A stretch of 63,739 nt of DNA, filler included, from Hyphochytrium catenoides (lineage: Eukaryota; Protista; Hyphochytriomycota), in NCBI GenBank assembly GCA_900088475.1. It is 6 parts of 6 records of this genome, joined end to end, with 100 filler letters (N's around TTAATTAATTAA, not from the genome) between each part and the next. Parts side by side here need not be neighbours in the genome. Positions count along the whole stretch, not along the records: positions 1 to 29,847 come from FLMG01003139.1; positions 29,948 to 51,292 come from FLMG01000195.1; 4 more parts are not named here. One strand, given 5' to 3'. Both the position numbers and the translations under genes were made by a program. Shown piece by piece: positions 21,484-32,157 of this stretch (position 1 is the stretch's first letter; every line of letters begins with the position of its first letter). A model generated the notes under the pieces. It ran no database searches, was not told the origin of the DNA, and was given only the letters and a program-made list of their open reading frames with translations.

Positions 21484-23116
21484 AAGTGGGGGAGGGACTA
21501 GCGACGAGAACATTCCAAGATCATCAGTTTCATCTGCCAGGAGGAGGGCGAGAGGAGGGAAACTCTTCGCCGAGCAGGATGATGAGGAGAGAGAAGGAAG
21601 ATGATGAGAGAGGAGCTCTGACGGGGTGTGCTCGTCCGTGCTCAGCGTTGTATGCTTTAGCTGTTACTATGATAGCCCTCTAGTTCATCCCTCTCTCCTC
21701 CAGTCTGTCTCTTTTCTTCCTTCGAGCTCTGGTTGGACATATTCTCTCATAATGCCTCCTCCTCCTTGTACGCTTCTTCTCTCTCACGATACTCTTTCTT
21801 CCTCTCAAGTGACGCCACTGCTGCCCGTCTATTGCACAGCTTATCAGCGCCAGCGCTGACAACGGGAAGGAGGATGCTCATCTCGTGCACTTCTTTATGA
21901 GCTATTAATGCAGCCTGTCAGTCACTCTTCTTCCTCTGAATGGACACCGTGTCATCGCGCAGCCTAGGTGATGAGTTGCCCCGCCTGGCTCCCGTCAGAC
22001 TCTTCTCTTTCCTAAGTCTTCTCCTCCATGTCGTGCTGTTGGTGTCATCAACAGCCCATCTCCCTCATTCTCCTTTTTCGCCTTCTTCTTCTCCTCTCCT
22101 CTGAGCTATCATCGTCCGTCTGGCCCTGCTCAGTAACGTTGAAAGCGAGTGAGCAACTAGGTCATCGATCCTAGGAGGTACATTCCAAGAGCATGAGGCC
22201 CGCTGGCTCTCGTCGTCCTTACTCCTTGCCACGGCAGTCTCGTCTCTACTCGCTGAGCACATCCTTGGTCCTGTCTGTTGGAGCCTTGTTGCGCGTCTAG
22301 GATGATGCGGATCTGCTTCCTCTCCCTAGCCCATCATCCAGCCACCGCAGCTCAAGCACAGCACTCAGTTTCCATCCTCGACATAACAACTGTCACTGGC
22401 TCCAGGAATGTCTTCACCATCAACTCTTAGAAACTAACACTAAGAAATCACCACTTCCGTTCTTGTCATGCTGGTAATGCCCTTAAGCTTATCGTCCTCC
22501 TGGATGCTGCTTGGGCTTCGTCATGCGTAGCAGAAGGTTAAAGCATGACGAACTCGTAGGTCATGATCACCTTGATCAGAAGTCAACGGAAGGGTGGAGA
22601 GTCTGCAGAGATTGACCTGCCCGCCGGGGTCCAAGCCAGCCAGATTCCTCTTTCTAAGAATAGTGAGAGCTCATCTTCGGATGCACGGCCTCGCTTCTAT
22701 TTAGGTTCGAACTCTATGGCCAAGAAACAATTGAATGACATACAATGTGCTTCCCTCATCCCCATCTTGCTTCTTCACTCGATTGCTTTCTTTGGCATGA
22801 TGATGGGCACCTGCTCAGCGTAAGGCTTAAGCTTATTCTCGCGGGCCCTGCCAATCCTGCTGCTCTCCTCCTCATTAACGTTTGGGAATGGGGGGAAGAG
22901 AGCGAGGGAGAGAGACGGAGAGAGACAGAGAGAGAGAGAGAGTCAACCTCTGTTGGTCCTCCGATTGGTCTTTCTCTCTTCTCTTCCCACCCTTGTTTAC
23001 TCCTCCTCATTGCATCATTCTCCCGCTTCAACGCAAGCTGGGCCGCCAAGTGAACAGCCCCCTTCAAGCCAAGCTTCAACAACTGCACCATCGTCCCAAC
23101 CAGGAGACAAGGCGCT

Positions 23117-24106
23117 ATGAGGCTCTTACGAGCCCTAACGTACTCGTTCGCCGTGGGGCAGACACTGATGACTTACTCTTGCTTGGGGTCCTTGCTTGTC
23201 AGTGACCTTAGGCTGAAGCTGGCAAGTCAGAGCAGTGCGTCTGATCTTCTAATGCGTTCTTTCACATTCCCACCTTCTGCCGATGGACTCAATGCCACGA
23301 TCGTGACGACATCAATGCTTCTAAACGCGTCGGCGTCCAACCAGAGTCTTTGGAAGCTGAAGACTGAAGCTGGAGGTTATCGGAATGGAGCTCCTACATT
23401 CACTGGCAGCTGGAGAGCTGCTGAGACAACCCTAGCAGAAGACACTGCGACCGACTCAGCACCAATCCCTCATGCTCCTCAGCCATCTTCAGCACTTTCT
23501 GTCAACCTCACGATTGATGGAAAGGTGGGCAACGGCTCTGAACCTGTGGCCAGCGATGTGCCCAACGGCCGCCTCTTCTACTTTAGAAACCAATGTCCTC
23601 TCAGTGTGGAGCTCATCATCGCTTATTATCCAGTCTACTCCACGAGCTCTTTGGCTGTGGATGGTCCCTGGCTCTTTGGACCCCTGGAGAACCACGAACA
23701 ATACCTCGCTAGCGATGGCAGACCCGTAGAGGCCAACTATGGGAAGTATGGGGCGTACTTCTGCGCTCTGTCTACCAATGGAGAAGGTGGCTGGACCGGT
23801 CCGTATGATATCCGCGTTGGTGGGACAGACATCGTGCTGCCCATGGACATCATTTATCCCAGCAGCTCCTCCGGGAACTATCATATAAGCCTGCTGTGCC
23901 CTGGTATCGCACCTCCAACAGTGCTGCCTACGCCAAGCCCCACACCTTCTCCCACGCCAAGACTGAATCCTCCTCCAGCACCATCACCAGCCACGGGGCC
24001 TGTTAGCCTAGGCACTGCTGGGAGTACCTCCCTTGCGTGTATCTTAGCGTCCGTCCCATGGGCGCTGCTTGTTCTTCTGTCTCTAGCTTGGGCTATAGTC
24101 GCGTAG
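23117..24106 (+). CDS. Putative secreted, GPI- or membrane-anchored surface protein with a DUF1036-like domain and a Pro/Thr stalk
   Basis: Single 329-aa ORF. Hydrophobic N-terminus, several N-x-S/T sequons, a globular segment FRNQC..VELIIAYY..DGPW..YFCA..GWTG, a PTPSPTPSPTP linker and a hydrophobic C-terminal tail ending at the stop. Confidence 0.75.
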   Translation: MRLLRALTYSFAVGQTLMTYSCLGSLLVSDLRLKLASQSSASDLLMRSFTFPPSADGLNATIVTTSMLLNASASNQSLWKLKTEAGGYRNGAPTFTGSWRAAETTLAEDTATDSAPIPHAPQPSSALSVNLTIDGKVGNGSEPVASDVPNGRLFYFRNQCPLSVELIIAYYPVYSTSSLAVDGPWLFGPLENHEQYLASDGRPVEANYGKYGAYFCALSTNGEGGWTGPYDIRVGGTDIVLPMDIIYPSSSSGNYHISLLCPGIAPPTVLPTPSPTPSPTPRLNPPPAPSPATGPVSLGTAGSTSLACILASVPWALLVLLSLAWAIVA

Positions 24107-25469
24107 AGACGTAGATGAATATAAAAATAAGGAAGCGATTGGCTCATAGGAACCCGCGCAGGGCAGTACTATCTCTTTAGGCAAGCCTCAGCACTTGGGA
24201 GGCCAAACATACGGCTCACCAAACGTAGTTATGTGCTTGCCATCGCTTTGCTAGCCGAGGCCTCCAGACTAGGTGCATTCCTTATCGAAGATCATTTGAT
24301 TATTGCTGGTGGAAGGGAAGGGGAGAGAGTGAACGAGAGAGAGAGAAAAAGAGAGAGAGGGAGAGAGAATATAGACACTAAGGAACAAAAGGACAAAGAG
24401 ATAAGAAAGGAAAGTTGGCAGAGTCACAGAAACGACTAAAGGAGAGAAAGAAGGATAGAGAGTGGCAGTGGCGGACGAAGAGAGTAACATGGTCACAATG
24501 ACTTAACGCAGAGCAGTGCCCTTTCTCTGCCGCTTGGTCCAGTTAAGCTGTGTGTGTGTGTGAGAAAGCGCACGCGATTGAGGGAGAGAGAATGAGGGGG
24601 AGAGAGAGAGAGATTGAGCGAGAGACAGAGACAGAAGGAACCGAAGCAGGTTCAGCAGATAGGGATAAGCCCATATGCGGCGAGAACGAAGTGCTAAGAA
24701 GAGCAAACAGCGTCTGAGCTGTTCGCAGGGCTGAGTCAGTGGGCATGACAGTCTTCTTTCTTTGTCTATCTAGTTGCTCTCTCAAGTCAGATGGATGCAG
24801 CGCGGCTAGTCAGGAGGCCGAGGAGAGAGAGGCTGGCAATAGCCCCTAATCTGTACCTGGCAGATAAAGCAACAGCAGTGCACCCGAGGCCAGTAAAAAG
24901 AGATGTGGTTCTATCAGCACATAGTGGCCTAGCCGTCCCTTACTCGACATTGTCCCCTGTTGTTCTCTAAGGCTCTTCTCTTTTCTCGGGCTCAGACTGC
25001 ACACCCGTCTCTCCACTACCTGCCTTCGGCGTTAGTCTTTGGAGCGAGGGGAAGGCACAAGTTTGTTGGAAGGCTCGATGAGCACTGAGCTTGTTACGTT
25101 GCCAAATAGAGTACATATGTATGAGAGTCCTGCGCATGGACCTGAGCTTATGTCCGATACTCTTTCAGCTGCAGCGCGAGCCCTCAACGCGGTGAGCCAG
25201 CTGCTTAGTAGTCATCCTCATTGCCCTTTCCGTCCGCACCTTGCAAGACTTCAAGAAGGAATTTTTGACCTGTGCTTCGCTGATTGACCCTCGAACTCTA
25301 TGTAGACAGACAAAGTCTAGAAGAACGTGGCTACGTAGGGGGCGACAGCTATATACTCACTGAGTCTTGCCCATAGTGAACACCAGTGCTTGGCTTGTTT
25401 CCTATCTCTAGTTGTTGGCAGCTCTGAACAGACTCTTGGCAACAGCGTCGAGGACACTGTGCATGCGTG

Positions 25470-26971
25470 TCACCGGCTAGGAGGAGGCGGAGGAGGTACT
25501 GGTTGTCCGGTGCCTGATGTTGAGCGCTTCAGGTTCGTGGGGGTGCTCACACTCATGGCTGAAGGATCCGCAATCTTTGTAGAGAAAAAGAAGTAACAGA
25601 GAAGTGAAGTGAGGATAAAGGCAGGGGATAGACTAGGCCAGCAATGGCAAGAGGACAGCAGTAGAATTGCCGGTGGAGAGACACTGTCGGTCAGGACACC
25701 GGAGTTGGCGCTTTGGGCACCTAGCAGACAACAGTCCCCTAGACCTCCCTAGAGATGCAGCCGAGAGATCAGCAGGTCGAGAGTCCTTCCTCGGACGAGC
25801 AGATGAGAAGGCTATCCTTACCCACTGATCAGGGTTACTGGGATCCTGAGTCCACCTTATCTTGCTGATGTTATCCTCCTTGAACACCATCGTAAAGCTG
25901 GTGACAGTAAGAACAAAGAGTCAGACGAGGAAAGAGAGAGCGACAGGGAAGAGAGGACGCTAGAGGAGGAGAAGGGGCAGTAGGCCCTCCAGGTTTTTCC
26001 TAGCGGGAGACAGAATCTAAGAATAGATGGAAGGAAAGGACATAAAGATAAACGTACTCTCCAATTTTCTCAACCCGGCCCTTGCGATTGAGAGCCAGGC
26101 TCATGCAGTTACGATGGACCGTGCAGTAGCTGTTGAGGCGAATAAAGAGAGTCTCAAGACGTTGGCAGGCGTGCGTGTGGCAGAGAGGCAGGAGGCGGAG
26201 AGAGAGTAGAGACTCAATGCTGAGCAAGGACAAGATAACGCTAAAGGGTTAGGGTTAGCAGTAGAGAAAGAAAGCGCCTCTTTCCATGTTCTACTAGGAA
26301 GAGGAACGAGGCAGATGTTTTCTTACGCATCCTTTATCTTGATGATGTCCCCGGGAGAGATCTCCTTGCCAAAGATGTCATACGCGGTGAAGTTGATGGC
26401 GGCGCTCTCATCCGCCACCAGGAGATTGTACATCACGTGGTTATCCTTCACCGGTTGTGGTTCGCCTGGCAAGCGACAGGCAGATGATCGAAGACGAGGA
26501 AGTAAGCTGAGGGCTTCAGAAGAGAAGAAGAAAGGAAGGCAGCACGGCAGAGCTACTAAATAAGGAGGAAACAATAAGGAAGATGTTGCTCAGTCAGCAG
26601 GTAAAAGGGCTGCATCTGTCCAGGAGATGTGGGCAAGCCCAAGAATTGGAAGAGGAGCCGTGGTAGATCACGAGGCAAGAGTTCATCAAACCTGGCTGTT
26701 GTCAGAAGAGGGAGGGAGAGAGAGAGAGAGTCTAACGACAGGGTACTGAGAAGAGTTACCGCCTTAGCTGTGAGGAGAGAGACCTACTTTTGTCCAGTAC
26801 CATCGCTTTGACAAAGACGCTCTTACACGAAGGGTTGAGATCTTTTACTCGGATATAGTGCTGCACAGCTGAGGAGAGTACCGGGGCGGGAGGGTGAGAG
26901 CCGCTCTGATGCTGTCTATGGTGGTGCTGATGATGGTGTGGCGACGACGACGTGGGAGTATCTTCACTCAT
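25470..26971 (-). CDS. SOSS complex subunit B / NABP-like OB-fold ssDNA-binding protein
   Basis: Five phase-consistent exons: 26971-26788, 26465-26327, 26129-26058, 25897-25822, 25574-25470. They give VKDLNP..VLDK..VADESAAINFTAYD..ISPGDIIKI..AY..KGRVEKIGDFTMVFKE, which parallels the NABP/hSSB1 consensus, followed by a Pro-rich tail. Confidence 0.9.
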
Positions 26972-28314
26972 CTTTCTCCAGAGACACTGGATGCTGCGAC
27001 TGATGAGGAGCGCGTCTCCTCGAACAAAGCCGTCTCCGTCTATAGGAGTCCTACAACCTAGTCCATTGATTGCTCGACGACCAGCATCGTACCGGCACCG
27101 CCGCGAGATAATCGTCCGGGATAGCCTCTTGAGCCCTACTATGAGACTCCCTGGGAAGTCTGTCTCCTTATCTGACGGAGCTCTTGGCATTGATTTCTTG
27201 ATCGCCGAGCAATCTTCAGAACTCCAGCTAAAAAGACAATAAAATCTGATAAAATCTTCACACATCACTGACGGCCATCTCCAGACCTACCCCTGGAGGT
27301 AATATCGACGACCAACCTAAACGTTGTCAGTGCGTTACCACGTGATACTTCAAATCACTAACATACGACACTACATCCTTTTCACTTACACGAGTTGGAC
27401 CTGATAACTAAATGTAAGTTACTGCATAAGCACGACCACAGAACAAGGATGAACGAAGAAGAAAAATGGCGGAGGCGGCGGCGGTGCAGCAGCAGCGGAG
27501 GAGGAGGACGAAGGAGGGAGGAAAAAGAGTGATAGCAGCACTGGGAAGACCTCTGCACTGTGTAGTAAGAGGTAAAGAGGAAAGCGGTACCACACGATGG
27601 AAGGCAGCAACATCAAATGCAGCAAGAGGAGGAGGGGCCGATAATAATGGCGAGCAAAGGAGGAGGAGGAGTTGGTGGTGGCGACGCCTCCTCGTCGTCG
27701 TCGAGCTGGAAGAAGAGGGAGAGCTGCTGGTGGAGGTACTACGTTTGCGACAAGGAATTGAACAGAAGAAGAAGAGCAGCAGCAACGGAGGAGGTGATGT
27801 ACTTTGGCGAATGTAGTGTATAACACGTCATTATACGATATATAGAGGAAGAAGAAGGCCAGACTCGTGCTGATGATAATAGTGGATTTTGCCCTTCTTC
27901 TTCCTCCACCGCCGCTCCACCTCAAGCTCCTCAAGAGCTCATGCTTCCACCATTATTTGCAAGACATCTGAGGCAGTGTCTCTTTGAGGCGTAGCAATCA
28001 TCCGCCGTGGAACCCGCAGTCCTCCTCCTACTAATAAGAAGAAGAGTGACTATGTTGACTCTTTAGCGCCAGCCTTCCAACTTGCACCTTCAAGCTTCTT
28101 TCTCTTCTCATCCTATTTTCAATCACCTCTTTCCGTTTTTCCACTATTTTCGGTTCTTTCCTAAGTCTTCGTTCTATCCCTTCTTCTTGTCCTTCTTCAT
28201 AATTAAGCTCAAGGAAAACTCGTCTCTCCGTTACTTTGGTTCTTTCTATCAATATAACAGGGCCATAATACTAATGCTCGTTGTGATTATGGACTGTCTT
28301 TCCTCTCTGTCCTT

Positions 28315-28353
<39 letters not shown>

Positions 28354-29847
28354 CCTTTTTCTCCTCTCTCTCTCTCTCTCTTTCTCTCTCTCCCTTTTTC
28401 TCCTCTCTCTCTCTCTTCTCTCTCTCTCTTCTCTCCTTCGCCCTCTCTCGCCTTCGTTTCGTAATGCTGTGTCTCTCTCTTATCGTACGCGTGTATGCCC
28501 GCTTCCTCCCTTCATTTTCCGTCTGCTTGATTGTCTGTCTGTTTTTCTATCTGTCTGTCTGTCTTTCACTCTATTCTTTTCCTCTGTTTATAAGTGGACA
28601 GCAGGAAGCTTTTTTGATGCTCATCTCTCTCTGCTCTTGCTTCTCTCTTGCGTTCTCTCCTCTTCACACCATTATAATGAGGGAAGCAGGAGAGTTGCAA
28701 TGCCTCCCTCTTCGCTCCCTTGTGCACCTATTATTAATAAGGTCAAGGAGCAGAATTACTGTCTCTGTGTTCTCCTTGCCCTCTCCCTTCTTTTCTCTCC
28801 CTCTCTCGTTCTCTCTTTCCGGAGAACAAGAAGATCTCCACCTTATAACGAAGAAAGAGGGAGAGGAAAGGAGGGAAAGAGAGGATTAGAGAGGCACCGC
28901 ACGATACGTGATGGAGAGACAGAGAGAAGAGAGAGGGCATGAGAGAGAGAGAGTCTTTCTGGTCACGCCCCAATCTTATCTCTACCAGGCGATGATGTTA
29001 TTCAAAAAAAAAGAAGAGGCCACGCCGCTGTCAACGTCTCCTCTCTCCATTTTATGTCTGTGTTTCTCTCTCTTGCCACCCCTATTCTTCTCTCTCTGCC
29101 CCTCAGTCATCCTTTTTTCTCCCTTCCAGCTAGTCAACTTTTTGACCTTATGAGAGACTGGCTCTTTCCAATAATGAAAGAGAGAGAGAAGAGAGAAAGC
29201 GAAGAAAAAAGTGAAGAGAGGGAACAGCTACTTATGGGATGGGAGTAAAGAAGAAGAGAGCGAGCGCAACGCTCTTCGTCATGATCACCATCTCTGAAAG
29301 AGAGCGCTGTTTCCAGAGAGAACGGTTCGGAAGAAGAGGAGGGAAGAAAGAGAAGAGAGGCGCAGAGAGAGAGAGAGAGAGAGAAAGAGAGTATAAGTAA
29401 CCAAGAGAAGAAGAAAACAGCCAGAGACGAATAGCTCCAAGAATGACAGAGAAAACTCATCCGATGTAGGAAACATCATTAATGACTAAAGTTCAAAATC
29501 TATCCCCGCATCAATAACCTCTGTCTCTCTCTCTCTCTCTCTTCTCCTGTGTTTTGGTCACTTCTCAGTTGCGGCGTTATCCTGATGGGACAAAGCTGGC
29601 AGAAATTCAGGGAAGAGGAAATGGTCTCTACTATCTTTCCAGCAGCAAACATGTCTCCATACCTTCTCTCTCTCTCTCTCTCTCATCTCGTGATTTCTTC
29701 TACTCTGTCGGGCAATCGGGCATCTCTCTCTCTTTCTTAGAGCACACTGTATAGCTCTCCTTCCCTCTTTCTCTTACACTCTATCAAAACGCTCTGTTTT
29801 TATTCCCTCATTTCTCTCTCTTTCTCTCTCTCTCTCTCTCTGTCTCT

Positions 29848-29947
29848 NNNNNNNNNNNNNNNNNNNNNNNNNNNNNNNNNNNNNNNNNNNNTTAATTAAT
29901 TAANNNNNNNNNNNNNNNNNNNNNNNNNNNNNNNNNNNNNNNNNNNN
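29848..29947. other. Artificial contig-join spacer (N44-TTAATTAATTAA-N44); also at 51293-51392, 53863-53962, 56865-56964 and 61136-61235
   Basis: Identical 100-nt blocks containing a six-frame stop linker. Confidence 0.97.
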
Positions 29948-30525
29948 GATAGTAAGTAGATTGATAGCAAGCGGGAGAAGAGAGAGAGAGAGAGCTTGAC
30001 GTCATCCTCAGCTCGCCGTGGCCTCACCACGGCGGATCCAACCACCTGGTGCTGATGTGATCGATCCATGCACCTCTCCAGCCTAAAGTCACAAACACGC
30101 CCCTACGGAGTACTACGCACAGGGGATTACCAATAAGCTGATTATCAAAACACTAGATTAAATCAATCTTCTTCCACAGGATTGATAATGATGATGATTT
30201 CGCCTGGTGGCTTGATATCTTGCTGCTGCGCCATAGAGAAGCTCTTTCTTCCTTCATTACCTTCATTATTTGGCTTCAATCATCATCCTAAGGCTGCTGT
30301 GCTCTTCTTCTGCGCATTGAGGCTGCTTGCTGACGGCAACCTGTCACTGCATCATCGTCAATGGCAACACTGATGGGGGATGATGCTCCTCTTCTATTAT
30401 TATGGTTTGCTGTCTGGAAGATGAAGCGCAAGCAGCAGGAGAGCATGGCGAAGACAACAGGAGAAAGCTTGGGACGACTAGCAGCAGAGAAAAAAGGTGG
30501 AGATTAATTGGAAAAGCTGTCTCTA

Positions 30526-32157
30526 CTATGTAGGCTTTCCCTGCCTCTGCTGAGGAGACGTAGCGGGGCTACCAGCAACAGTAGAGGAGGAAGAAGCAGG
30601 AGAGGAAGGGCGTCGTTGAGGGGCTTTTAAGGACGACGAAGGAGGAGCGATGGGGAGGGGAGGAGGTAGAAGAGGAGTCTCAATGAGCTTCATCCTGCTC
30701 TTCAGGATCACACAGTCTTCTGGGTGCTTGAAAAGAGAAAGAGTGATCCGAAAATGTAGGAGGAGAAGGGTGAAACCTCGATTCAGGCAAAATTCGGTGA
30801 GAGAGAAAGACAAAGAGAAACCCTTGCTCGGATCTTTCTTTGTGCTGAGTGCGTCCTGATCCTCAATGAGGCCTTGCAACCAGTCCATGCGGTGGTAGCA
30901 CATGGTCTGCGGAGCGCGAACGTAGAGAATAGTGAAGATCGCGATGGAGAAGAGAAAATCCGCATAAAGAGAGAGGCGTAGTCCTCTCCTAGCTGTCACT
31001 GGAAAGCTGTCGTAGAAGAGGAACACCATACACAGACAGAGAAAAAGAGACACGCATGTAAAGGCTGCCGAGAGTGTCTTGCAGAGAAGAGTCCAAAGAG
31101 AGAGACAGAATAAGAAGTTCTCTACTAGGAAGTAGATAGTGTCATAAATCTCCAGGGAGCGGAGAAAGAGCTGCATATTCATGATGGAAGACTGCTGCAG
31201 ACAAAGATATAACCCGCAAAGGAGGCAAGAGGAGCTCAGACAGAGATTCACCAGCTCGCCCATATCCAACAATATCGCCAATATTGCGAAGACTTGGTAG
31301 AGGACGACAACGGAGAGAGTAAGAGGCATCATGATCCTCTTCCTTCTAAACCAGGCATCAGATACCTTTTGCCCTAGCAATCTAGTCATGATGGTCTCTG
31401 TGCTTTCTCTTTCTGTCAGCTCGATGAATGGAGAAAGTGCGATGAGAGAGCGGCGCTTCGCATACCGCTGCATTGGTTGCGATGACGAAGGGGACGGAGA
31501 AGGGGCTAAAGAAGAAGAAGAGATAGGGGCAAGAGGTGTACCACCGTTGCTAACTCTTCGCCTTTCGGCTGCTGCTGCGTTGCTGGTGCCTGCAACTTTT
31601 GCTTGCTGAACTCCTAAGCCTTCACTTTCCATTGTAGGAAGATTCCCTAGCACTAGCGCTGCTGGAGCAGGATAAGGCAGTACCTTGATAACGGTAGAAG
31701 AAGGAGGGGACACATGGAGAGAGGAGGACGGCAGCCCTGATGGAGAGTCAGCGGCTGCTGAAGAACCCCCGAGCTCTTTCCTGTCACCTCCTAGACATTC
31801 CTTCTTTTCCTCCACTGTCCGTCGACAATTTGTCAAAGAGGGTCCTTGTTTCTGCTGTTGCTTTTCGTCTTTGCCCTGCGCGTCCCTCTCCTCTTCCCGC
31901 GAAAGGAAGCAGTCAATCTCGGTCTTCAACTCCAGAAGACAGGAGCGGAGGGACCGTGGACGTTTCTCAGGCGAAGAGGGAGAAGAGACCGGCGGGGAAG
32001 TGGGAGGAGATGTGGTTGATGAGAGAAGAGAGGGTGCTGAAGAAGGAGGATGGCTTGCTGCACGAAGTAGAGTCACTAAAGCTCCGCAGAGGTCCAACGT
32101 GAGCCTCTCCAACGAAGTGGAGGGAGAAGGAAAAATGAAGTGAAAGGGCGCAATCAT
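30526..32157 (-). CDS. Hypothetical multi-pass membrane protein (~6 TM segments in the C-terminal half)
   Basis: 543-codon uninterrupted ORF with a Ser/Pro-rich N-terminal half followed by clustered hydrophobic helices. The true start, or additional upstream exons, is uncertain. Confidence 0.7.
   Translation of the reverse strand: MIAPFHFIFPSPSTSLERLTLDLCGALVTLLRAASHPPSSAPSLLSSTTSPPTSPPVSSPSSPEKRPRSLRSCLLELKTEIDCFLSREEERDAQGKDEKQQQKQGPSLTNCRRTVEEKKECLGGDRKELGGSSAAADSPSGLPSSSLHVSPPSSTVIKVLPYPAPAALVLGNLPTMESEGLGVQQAKVAGTSNAAAAERRRVSNGGTPLAPISSSSLAPSPSPSSSQPMQRYAKRRSLIALSPFIELTERESTETIMTRLLGQKVSDAWFRRKRIMMPLTLSVVVLYQVFAILAILLDMGELVNLCLSSSCLLCGLYLCLQQSSIMNMQLFLRSLEIYDTIYFLVENFLFCLSLWTLLCKTLSAAFTCVSLFLCLCMVFLFYDSFPVTARRGLRLSLYADFLFSIAIFTILYVRAPQTMCYHRMDWLQGLIEDQDALSTKKDPSKGFSLSFSLTEFCLNRGFTLLLLHFRITLSLFKHPEDCVILKSRMKLIETPLLPPPLPIAPPSSSLKAPQRRPSSPASSSSTVAGSPATSPQQRQGKPT

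Noticed and set aside
21500-22860. Possible decayed minus-strand gene
   Set aside because: Broken frames with no recognisable motif series.
24269-25030. Possible small minus-strand spliced gene
   Set aside because: Some splice-like sites are present, but I could not build a consistent complete frame or assign a family.
28082-28942. 286-aa ORF and similar LSLSLS/RERERE ORFs (e.g. 49095-50024, 55337-55831, 33333-33954)
   Set aside because: These are translations of (CT)n/(GA)n and trinucleotide microsatellites, which lack stop codons by composition.
29892-29903. Recurring TTAATTAATTAA palindrome (5 copies)
   Set aside because: Always centred in N-blocks, so it is an artificial six-frame-stop linker.
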